64,000 nt of DNA, taken from the NCBI GenBank assembly GCA_002329325.1, contig DCTX01000078.1, positions 4,198 to 68,197 of the forward strand. Reading direction: 5' to 3'. Positions 8,376-16,344 of this stretch are shown here, piece by piece. The stretch comes from Anaerolineales bacterium UBA1429. Its GTDB lineage: Bacteria > Chloroflexota > Anaerolineae > UBA1429. Under the pieces are notes generated by a model, which had not been told where the DNA came from, made no database searches, and saw nothing but the letters and a program-made list of their open reading frames with translations. Numbering within the stretch: position 1 is the first letter of the stretch; each line of letters begins with the position of its first letter. The position numbers were made by a program, and so were the translations under genes.

Positions 8376-11300
8376 CTAGAGCCCGTCCCACACCAGGGCC
8401 AGGGCCTCGCGGCGAAAGCCCAGCCCCGCCAGCAGCGCCTGGGTGCGCTCCTCCAGGGGCGAGGCGCCATCCCACGAATTGACCAGCACCCGGGTGGGGC
8501 GCGTGGCCAGGCCGCCAGGGCGCGTCAGGTGCGCCAGGCAGAGGGAGACGGCCTCGCGGGCCAGGTCCTCGCCCACGCCCGGCAGGGTGCTCCAGCGCGC
8601 GCCGCCATGCTCATAGAGCAGCACCGGCGCGCCGTTTTGCACCACGATATAGTTGGACGGGATACGGTCAAAGCGGTAGGGGTTGGCCTCCGGGGCGAGG
8701 GCCGCCGGCAGGCCGCCCTCGATGCCCCCCAGCCGCTCGATCACCGCCGACGGGCCGTACACCACCGCCGGGTCTGTGGCGTTGACCAGGGTGAGCTCCT
8801 CGCGCCCCTCGGCGTCGGCCCGGTTCCAGCTCCGCAACTGCTCCACCGCCTCGGGCAAGGCGAACTGCTGCCCGGCCAGGCCTCGGGCAAAGTAGCCGCG
8901 CCGCAGCTCGCCGCGCAACTCCATGCGATGCAGGTGCGGATACAGGGCATACCAGGGCGGCGCTCCGGGCTCCTTTTCCAGCAGGTCGCGGGTGAGGATG
9001 CCATAGCGCAGCAGCAGTCGGCGCGTCTGATGCAAGGCCTGCTCCAGGGGCGAGAGGGCCTCGCCCAATACGGCGTAGCGGTGCACCAGGGTCCAGCGCG
9101 CCGAGCTGCGCTGGGGGCGGGCCACCCGCTCCGAGACGCGGCGCCGGCCTGCCGTCAGCTCGGCCCGCGAAGGCCGCTGCAGCGTGGCGGGGCGGCGGCG
9201 AGCGCGCCACTCGGCCAGCGAATCGTCCAGCGAGCTGGCGATGGCCCCCGATTCGGGGGCGCCCAAGCGGCCAGCCAGCAACGCGCGCAGGGGATCCAGC
9301 CCCTCGCTGGTGACGAGCCCCGCCAGCACCAGCTCGACCAGGGCGCGCTCGCAACGCTGGGGTTCGAGGCCCAGGGCACGCTCCAGCTCGCGGGCCTGCA
9401 TGGCCCCCTCGGCCTGCAAAAAGGCGCGGATGCGGGCCGCCTCAGGGCTCAAGCCCTCCAGCAACGCCTCCTCGGGCTCGCCCAGGCCCCAGGCGGCCCC
9501 TTCGCCAGCCCAGAAGAAGCGCACCGAGACATGTTGGGCGTCGGCCCCGGAAGCCACCCACACCAGCTCGCCCTGGCGGCAGAGGGCGTCCAGTTGCCGC
9601 GGGTCATAGTCGGCCACCCGCAGGGGCAGGGCGTCCCGCTCCCACACCTCGGCGGGCAGCGAGAGGCCCACGAGTTGATCCAGGGCCTCCTCCAGACCCT
9701 CGCCCTCGTAGCGGTGCAGCGGATGCAGCCCCTGCCAGCGCAACAGGAAATCGGCGTAGGCGGGCAGCTCCACCGGGCGGATCTCCTTGCGGAGCAGGGT
9801 CAGCGTCTCGCGGTGCAGCCGCTCCAGCACCTGCCGATCGCACCATTCGGTATCGGCGCCCCCGGGGCTGAGCCTGCCGGAGATGACCCGCCCCTCTTGG
9901 GCCAGTTGCCCCAGGGCGTCCTCGGGCCAGGGCGCGCCAAAGGCATAGCGCGCACGGATCGCCTCCAGCGTCAGGGGGCCGTGGGTGCGCAGCAACCGCC
10001 GCAGCAGGGCCAGGCGGGCCGCTTCGGGCTCCAGGCGGATCCTGAGCAGCTCCTCGGGCAGCGCGAAGGGCGGCTCGTCGGCCAGGAGGAGGGCGTCGCG
10101 ATAGCGGCCGTACTCCTCCGCCGAGATCCAACGCTCGGCCAGGCCCTCCGCTGTAGGGACCTGGATCTGCATGGCGCGGCCCTCGGCCAGCAGGCGCAGC
10201 AGCCAGGCGCGGGCGTCGCCCAGGCTGCGAGCTTCAAGCTCCTCCGTCGAGAGGTCGCCCAACTCGCGCAATAGGGTCGCCAGCTCGTCGGCGGTGCGGG
10301 CCCGGTAGCCCTCGGCCAGGTGCTGCAACTGGTCCGCCACGGCCTGGACCGCCTCGGGCCGCAGCAGCTCGGGCAGCGTGCCATCGTCCAGCAGCTCGGC
10401 CAGCAACTCGCGGTTCAGGCTGAGGGCCTGGATCTGGCGCTCCAGCTTGGGCGCGTCATCCTCATAAAGATAGACGCCGGCGAACTGGAGCAGCAGCCCC
10501 GCGGCTACCGGCGAGGGCGCCAGGGTCTCCACATCCCACACGCGGATATCGCCGGAGGCGATGGCCTCCAGCACCGCGCCCACGTGCTCCACATCCAGCA
10601 CGTCACGCAGGCAATCGCGATAGGTTTCGGCGATGAGGGGGAAATCATCCCAGCCCTTGGCCATGGCCAGCAGGTCTTTGGCGCGCAGGCGTTGCAGCCA
10701 GAAGGGCGTGCGTCGGCCCGCGCCGCGCACCCGGGGCAGGATCAGGGCGCGGGCGGCGTTCATGCGGAACTGGGCGCCGAACACCGCCGAGTTGGGCAGT
10801 TCCTGCAGCACCCGCTCACGGGCCTCCTCGGCGCCCATGCCACAGATCAGGTCCAGAGGCGGCTCTCGCTCCCCCTCCACCAGGCGAAAGAGGATGGCGT
10901 CGTCGTTGACCTGCACCTCGACGGTGGTGCCCAGGCGCTCCCGCAGGGCATGGGTCAGGGCGATGGCCCACACGCTGTTGACCCGCGCGCCAAAGCAAGA
11001 GTGGATCACCATGCGCTGATCGCCCAGGGCATCGGCAAAGCGCTCGACGACGATGGTGCGGTCGGTGGAGATGGCGCCGATGGAATCGAGTTGGCGCCGC
11101 ACATAGGCCACGGCATTGCGGGCCGAGTTCTCGTCCATGGCGAACTCGTCCGCCAGCCACTGAAACAGGGGCTCGACGTCGGGCGGCCAGGCGGCGGTGG
11201 GGTCCTCGGGCGCCCAGGGCAAGGCCGCCGCCCGCTCGGCCAGCTCGCGTCGAAAGGCGCCCAGCCGTTGGCCCATGTGGTAATCGCGCTTGGGCAGATC

Positions 11301-13124
11301 GCCGCGCCAGAAGGGCATGCGCGGCGTGGCCCCGGCCGCATCGGCCACCACCATGCGGTCCTCGTCGATATCCATCACGCGCCAGGTGCTGCTGCCCAGG
11401 GTGAACACGTCGCCCACCCGCGTTTCAAAGACAAACTCCTCATCCAGGTTGCCCAGGTTCGTGCGCCCGTCGGGCAGGTAGACGCGGAACTCGCCCCGAT
11501 CGGGGATGGTGCCGCCGTTGCGGATGGCCAGCAGGCGGCTGCCGGGCAGGGGGAGCAGCCGGTGGTTGACCCGATCCCATTCGATGCAGGGGCGCAGGCC
11601 CTTGTAGGCGTCGCTGGCATAGCCCCCGCTGATCATCCTGAGCACGGCGTCAAAGGCTCGCCGACCGAGGTTCTGGTATCCTGCCGCCTGGCGCACCAGG
11701 TCGTAAACGGCCTCGACCTCCCGAGGCTCGACGGCGGTCATGGCCACGATCTGCTGGGCCAGGATATCCAGGCAGTTCTGGGGCGTGTAGGTAGGCTCGA
11801 TGTCTCCCTCGAGCATCCCGTGGGCGACGGCCGCCGCATCCAGCAGATCCTCGCGATGGGTGGCATAGATGCGGCCCATGCTGGTCTGGCCCACCAGGTG
11901 GCCGGAGCGGCCCACGCGCTGCAGCCCCCGGGCGATGCTGCGGGGCGATTGCAGTTGAAGCACCGCCTCCACCGAGCCGATATCTATGCCCAGCTCCAAA
12001 GAGCTGGTGGCGATCAGGGCGGCTAGATCGCCGCCCTTGAGGTCCTGCTCCAGCTCAAAGCGCACCTCGCGGGAGACGCTGCCATGATGGGCGCGAAAGG
12101 GGCCGCCCACCCGGCCCGTGCCCATCATCCCCTGGCCCTTGGGCACGCCATCCACCAGCAGCCCCTGGACCGAGCCGGGGGCGATCTCCTCGGCGTCCTC
12201 CAGGGCGAACTGCTCGTTCAGCCGGTCGGCGGCCCGCTCCGCGGCGCGGCGGCTGTTGGTAAAGACCAGGGTGGTATCGTGCTGGCGAATCTCGTCCAAC
12301 ACCTGTGGGATCAGCGAGGGCCAGATGGTGCCGCCGGGCAGGCGCCGCAGGTCTGGCACGACGGTCACGATCTGCAGGTCCAGGGGTTTGCGCACGCCGG
12401 CATCCACGATGGTCACCGGGCGGGAGACCAGCTCGCGCTCGCCATCGGCGGCCGGCCGCCAGGACTGTCCCCCCAAGAAGTGGGCCACCTCGTCCAGAGG
12501 GCGCTGGGTGGCGGAGAGGCCAATGCGTTGTACGGGCCGCTGGGCCAGGGCTGCCAGGCGCTCCAGGCTGAGGGCCAGGTGCACGCCGCGCTTGTTGCCG
12601 CACAGAGTGTGGATCTCGTCCACGATGACCGATTCCACATGGCGCAGCATGTCGCGGGCCGCCGGGCTGGTGAGGATCAGGTAGAGCGATTCGGGCGTGG
12701 TGATCAAGATATGGGGGGGCTTGCGCAGCATGCGCTGGCGCTCGGCGGAGGTGGTGTCGCCGGTGCGCACGGCGGTGCGCAGCTCGGGCAGGGCCATGCC
12801 CAGCTCCGTGGCCGTCTCGCGGATGCCCGCCAGGGGCTCCTCCAGGTTGCGGGCGATGTCGTTGTTGAGCGCCTTGAGGGGCGAGACGTAGAGCAGGCGC
12901 ACGCCCGGCGCGCCGGGATCGGCCATGAGCTGCTCAAAGATGCGATTGATGCCCCACAGAAAGGCGGCCAAGGTCTTGCCCGAGCCGGTAGGGGCCAGGA
13001 TCAGGGTGTGTTCGCCCCGCTGGATGGGCGGCCAACCCTGGGTCTGGGGTGGGGTGGGTTTGCCGTAGCGCTGACGGAACCAACGGCGTACCGGCGGCAA
13101 CAGGGCATCCAAGAGACCGTCCAT
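8376..13124 (-). CDS. lhr: Lhr-family large ATP-dependent DEAH-box helicase
   Basis: About 1580 aa with ILAPTGSGKTLAAF (Walker A), VDEIH (motif II), TSSLELGIDIG and the RVGRSGH helicase motifs, plus a long Lhr-type C-terminal extension. Start moved to ATG 13124 (MDGLLDALL), preceded by AGAGGT. Confidence 0.9.
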   Translation of the reverse strand: MDGLLDALLPPVRRWFRQRYGKPTPPQTQGWPPIQRGEHTLILAPTGSGKTLAAFLWGINRIFEQLMADPGAPGVRLLYVSPLKALNNDIARNLEEPLAGIRETATELGMALPELRTAVRTGDTTSAERQRMLRKPPHILITTPESLYLILTSPAARDMLRHVESVIVDEIHTLCGNKRGVHLALSLERLAALAQRPVQRIGLSATQRPLDEVAHFLGGQSWRPAADGERELVSRPVTIVDAGVRKPLDLQIVTVVPDLRRLPGGTIWPSLIPQVLDEIRQHDTTLVFTNSRRAAERAADRLNEQFALEDAEEIAPGSVQGLLVDGVPKGQGMMGTGRVGGPFRAHHGSVSREVRFELEQDLKGGDLAALIATSSLELGIDIGSVEAVLQLQSPRSIARGLQRVGRSGHLVGQTSMGRIYATHREDLLDAAAVAHGMLEGDIEPTYTPQNCLDILAQQIVAMTAVEPREVEAVYDLVRQAAGYQNLGRRAFDAVLRMISGGYASDAYKGLRPCIEWDRVNHRLLPLPGSRLLAIRNGGTIPDRGEFRVYLPDGRTNLGNLDEEFVFETRVGDVFTLGSSTWRVMDIDEDRMVVADAAGATPRMPFWRGDLPKRDYHMGQRLGAFRRELAERAAALPWAPEDPTAAWPPDVEPLFQWLADEFAMDENSARNAVAYVRRQLDSIGAISTDRTIVVERFADALGDQRMVIHSCFGARVNSVWAIALTHALRERLGTTVEVQVNDDAILFRLVEGEREPPLDLICGMGAEEARERVLQELPNSAVFGAQFRMNAARALILPRVRGAGRRTPFWLQRLRAKDLLAMAKGWDDFPLIAETYRDCLRDVLDVEHVGAVLEAIASGDIRVWDVETLAPSPVAAGLLLQFAGVYLYEDDAPKLERQIQALSLNRELLAELLDDGTLPELLRPEAVQAVADQLQHLAEGYRARTADELATLLRELGDLSTEELEARSLGDARAWLLRLLAEGRAMQIQVPTAEGLAERWISAEEYGRYRDALLLADEPPFALPEELLRIRLEPEAARLALLRRLLRTHGPLTLEAIRARYAFGAPWPEDALGQLAQEGRVISGRLSPGGADTEWCDRQVLERLHRETLTLLRKEIRPVELPAYADFLLRWQGLHPLHRYEGEGLEEALDQLVGLSLPAEVWERDALPLRVADYDPRQLDALCRQGELVWVASGADAQHVSVRFFWAGEGAAWGLGEPEEALLEGLSPEAARIRAFLQAEGAMQARELERALGLEPQRCERALVELVLAGLVTSEGLDPLRALLAGRLGAPESGAIASSLDDSLAEWRARRRPATLQRPSRAELTAGRRRVSERVARPQRSSARWTLVHRYAVLGEALSPLEQALHQTRRLLLRYGILTRDLLEKEPGAPPWYALYPHLHRMELRGELRRGYFARGLAGQQFALPEAVEQLRSWNRADAEGREELTLVNATDPAVVYGPSAVIERLGGIEGGLPAALAPEANPYRFDRIPSNYIVVQNGAPVLLYEHGGARWSTLPGVGEDLAREAVSLCLAHLTRPGGLATRPTRVLVNSWDGASPLEERTQALLAGLGFRREALALVWDGL

Positions 13125-13281
13125 AGCTTTACCTCTAGGCATAGCATAGGGCAAGCGCCCAGCGGATACAAACGGTTTGAGCGCGATTTGTCCCAGGGCT
13201 GGGGCGGCCTCGGACGTAATAGGCAGTGGAAAGCCCGCTACCCTGGCTTGGCCTGCTTTAACACACTTGATAGCCCCCTTT

Positions 13282-13310
13282 TTGCATCTTTCCGGTATTC
13301 ATGCCATAAT
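13282..13310 (+). promoter_or_regulatory. Candidate promoter of the RRM protein gene (leader of about 135 nt)
   Basis: TTGCAT (13282-13287), 17-nt spacer, CATAAT (13305-13310). Confidence 0.4.
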
Positions 13311-13453
13311 CTCCACCGGATTGAGAAGCCCTGTCCGTCGGTCGTTCTGTGAGATCCGGCATTCGTTGCACGTTCTGGTACGCCGCGAGAGCCCTCTCAG
13401 TCCTAGCATTCACCGGTGCCCAGATGGGCACACGACTTCCCAAGGAAGGTCCC

Positions 13454-13798
13454 ATGTCCAACAAGCTCTTTGTCGGCAACCTGAACTACCGCACGACAGA
13501 CGAAACGCTGTACGAGGCCTTTAGCGCCGTCGGCAACGTCGAGTCGGCCACAGTGATCACCGATCGCGAGACCGGGCGCTCCCGCGGCTTTGGCTTCGTC
13601 GAGATGGCCTCGGAGAACGAGGCCCAAGAGGCGATCCAGCAGCTCGATAACACCGAGCTGGACGGCCGCACGATCCGCGTCGCAACGGCGAACCCCCGCC
13701 CGGATTCGCGTGGCGGCGGCGGCAGCAGCGGCGGCGGCTATCGCGATAGCGGCAGGCCCCGCTCTGGCGGCGGTGGCGGCGGCGGACGTCGCTACTAG
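13454..13798 (+). CDS. RRM-type RNA-binding protein with glycine/arginine-rich tail
   Basis: MSNKLFVGNLNYRTTDETL (RNP2) and RGFGFVEM (RNP1), with a C-terminal GGGGSSGGGYRDSGRPRSGGGGGGGRRY. ATG 13454 lies 5 nt after AAGGAAGG. Confidence 0.9.
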   Translation: MSNKLFVGNLNYRTTDETLYEAFSAVGNVESATVITDRETGRSRGFGFVEMASENEAQEAIQQLDNTELDGRTIRVATANPRPDSRGGGGSSGGGYRDSGRPRSGGGGGGGRRY

Positions 13799-13891
13799 TC
13801 CTCAGCCACAACACAAACGAACCGCGTGGGAGAGCTCCCACGCGGTTTCGCTTTTCCTGGAGGCGGGCAGGGCCCCGGCCTCTGGGCGGGC

Positions 13892-14947
13892 CTAGGCGCG
13901 CTCCAGAGGCACGGCGGCGCCGCAATACTCGCAACGAAGCGACGCCACGCCCCGAATGCGCCCGGCCTGGGGCAGCGTGCCGCCGCAGGAGGGGCACTTG
14001 GCCGGCACCACGTATTCGGGCAGCTCGGGGGCGCCGCCGGCCCGCTCGGCCGCGATCTCGCCCGATTGGCAACGCAGCATCAGGGCGCGCCACGCATCGG
14101 AATCGGTATCGAGCTGGAACTCGGCGCGGCGGAAGGAGGCCCCGCTTCTCGGCGTCACGGCCAGCATCTCACGGTCACGGGCCAGGGCGCGGCGCACCTC
14201 GCTGGCCTCCAGTTGGCCCAAGTCGGCCAGGGGGGCCTGCCAGCGCAACTCGCGCACCATCTCGGAGGAGGTGGTGATGAACAGGATCTTCTTGCGGGCC
14301 ACCTTTTCGCGGCGCTCGAAGAGCAGCCGACGGTCGGTGAGGAAGAGGATGCCCGGAATCCGATCGTCATCCTCGGTCAGGTGAGCCTCGGTGGCGGCCA
14401 CCAGGCTTTCGCCCCCTTCCAGGGTAAAGGTCGCTCCCCCCAGCCACTCGAGGATCTGCTCGCAGCCCTGAACCTCGCGGGCCACAGCCTGGATCTCTTC
14501 CACCACAGGCCCCACGACGCCCTCGACGGCCTGCTGCGCGGCGTGGACGCGGCGCTCGACGGCCGCTATCTCGTCCTCGGCGCGCTGGATCGAGGGCTGA
14601 ACCATGCTGAGCCGTTGCGTCCTAAAGGGCTGCAGGCGGCGCACCGCTTCGTCGGCGCGGGCGATATCGGGCTGCAGCGAGACGGCCTGATGCTCCAGGT
14701 CGCGAGCCGCCTGCATCCGCGCCGAGGGCCAGCGCCTGGCAAGCTGGGCGACCTGATCCTCCAGGCGCCCTTTGTAGACGTAGCCCTGGGAGCGTAACTG
14801 GGCCAGTTGCTGGGGCAGGCGCAGCAGCAGGGCGTCGGTCTCGCCCAGCTGCTCTCTCTGCTGGTTCAGCAGCGCATCCTGATGCAGCGTGCCCAGCCGC
14901 GACTCGATACGAGCGATAGAAGAGGCAGCGGTGGTCTCCTGTGTCAT
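13892..14947 (-). CDS. Hypothetical protein: N-terminal coiled coil, PH/GRAM-like segment, C-terminal zinc ribbon
   Basis: Start moved to MTQETT (ATG 14947, GGAGT upstream). The first 190 aa or so are a heptad-like Q/R/L/E-rich region. GILFLTDRRLLFERRE resembles GRAM/bacterial PH domains. The C-terminus CPSCGG...17 aa...CEYCG is a four-Cys ribbon. Confidence 0.6.
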   Translation of the reverse strand: MTQETTAASSIARIESRLGTLHQDALLNQQREQLGETDALLLRLPQQLAQLRSQGYVYKGRLEDQVAQLARRWPSARMQAARDLEHQAVSLQPDIARADEAVRRLQPFRTQRLSMVQPSIQRAEDEIAAVERRVHAAQQAVEGVVGPVVEEIQAVAREVQGCEQILEWLGGATFTLEGGESLVAATEAHLTEDDDRIPGILFLTDRRLLFERREKVARKKILFITTSSEMVRELRWQAPLADLGQLEASEVRRALARDREMLAVTPRSGASFRRAEFQLDTDSDAWRALMLRCQSGEIAAERAGGAPELPEYVVPAKCPSCGGTLPQAGRIRGVASLRCEYCGAAVPLERA

Positions 14948-15051
14948 TGGTGGACTCCCTTCAAGCTGATGCCCCGCTCGCCTGAGGCCGACGGGCGCCG
15001 GCGCCATGCCACAACCCACGGGCGCATTATGCGAGTTGCGCCCCGGCGTTG

Positions 15052-16035
15052 TCAAACGGTGTGCCCGTCATACTTGGCCGCCGTCGCCAGGGCATCGGCG
15101 GCGACCCGCTCGCGCAGCGAGGCGGGCTCCAGCACCTCGACAAGAGAGCCCCACCCGCGGATCCAATAGAGCATCTCCTCCGGATGCGCCACCTGCACCT
15201 GCAGCAGGCAGCCTCCATCGGGCTCCTCGGCGATGGTCTGGGTGGGGTGCCAGCAGGTCTCGCGCACCCGGCGCGAGGCCTCGGGGGCAAAGCGGAGCCG
15301 CACCGTATGGCACTCCTCGCCGAACATGACCCCCCAGGCACTGCGCAAAAGTTGGGGCCCATCGAATTCGGCGGGCGGCTCAAAGGTCTCGTCGGTAAGC
15401 TCCGCCTCAAGGATGCGCTCGGCGCGAAAGGTATACACGGCGTCGAAGTAGTCGGCCCAGCCGATCACATAGGTGCCCCGATAGTCGCCACACGCCTCGA
15501 TGAAATAGGGCTTGAGGCGATAGCCGTGAACGTTCTCGCTGCCGGCGGATTGGTAGCGCATGCGCACCACGCGCCCGGTGGCCCATCCGGTCGCCAGCAC
15601 CCTCAGCACCTCAGAAAGCTGGCTTTGCTGCTGATAGCTCGCCATCTGCCGGATGGTGGCGTGGATATGGGCGGCGACAGGCTCTGGCAGGATGCCCGCC
15701 AGCTTGGAGAGCGCCGAGGCGATGTGGGGATCGTATAGCTCGGCGTGGCGCGCCAGGAGCCGGCTTGAGAGGTAGATGGCCAGGGCGTCGTTCAGGTCCA
15801 GGTGGATGGGGGGCAAGTAGTAGCCGCTGATAACCCCGTAGCGGGGCGGATCGCCGCCATCATCCCACAGGGGCACGTTAATCTCTTCCAGATCGTGCAG
15901 GTCGCGCTGGATGGTGCGCTTGTGAACTCCGCACAGGCGCGCCAGCTCGGCGGCGCTCAATCCCTGGGGATTGCGGTACAGGTAAAGGGTCAGGGCGCTC
16001 AGTCTCTGGGCTTTGGCATAGTTCTTTTCTGCCAT
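15052..16035 (-). CDS. WYL-domain transcriptional regulator (HTH-WYL-WCX architecture)
   Basis: N-terminal HTH (LSAAELARLCGVHKRTIQRDLHDL), a central WYL-like block (VRMRYQSAGSENVHGYRLKPYFIEACGDYRGTYVIGW) and a C-terminal WCX-like block (VRLRF...WHPTQ...LYWIRGWGSLVEVLEP). Confidence 0.8.
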   Translation of the reverse strand: MAEKNYAKAQRLSALTLYLYRNPQGLSAAELARLCGVHKRTIQRDLHDLEEINVPLWDDGGDPPRYGVISGYYLPPIHLDLNDALAIYLSSRLLARHAELYDPHIASALSKLAGILPEPVAAHIHATIRQMASYQQQSQLSEVLRVLATGWATGRVVRMRYQSAGSENVHGYRLKPYFIEACGDYRGTYVIGWADYFDAVYTFRAERILEAELTDETFEPPAEFDGPQLLRSAWGVMFGEECHTVRLRFAPEASRRVRETCWHPTQTIAEEPDGGCLLQVQVAHPEEMLYWIRGWGSLVEVLEPASLRERVAADALATAAKYDGHTV

Positions 16036-16344
16036 GGCTCTCTCCTCCTGCTGGTGACTGTCGCGCTGAGCATAGCATCCCCACGCGACACCGGCCGTCG
16101 CGTACGGTGCGCCAGGTGGGCCCGTCTAGTATACATGGAAATCGCTTGCCGCACACGCGCGGCGTCTGGCATGACCATAGGCAGGCCCGGCTGCCGGGTA
16201 GTTACGCCAACAGGCAAGGGGCCGCGCCCGCCGGCCTCGCCAGGGCCCTCTGGCCCGGCAGGCCCTTTCTGCGCTATAATCAGGTAGCAACATTGCCGTG
16301 AGGGGCTCTTTCCCCTCCGGGCATGCGCTGACGGCGAGGTGCCT

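Noticed and set aside
7785-12026. 829-aa and 568-aa plus-strand ORFs opposite lhr
   Set aside because: They are antisense shadows of the 1580-aa helicase gene. They are low-complexity Q/G/A/R/L-rich with no RBS or motifs.
13690-13795. GGC/GGT-rich repetitive stretch
   Set aside because: It is the in-frame glycine/arginine-rich tail of the RRM protein. It is not a tandem DNA repeat, CRISPR or VNTR element.
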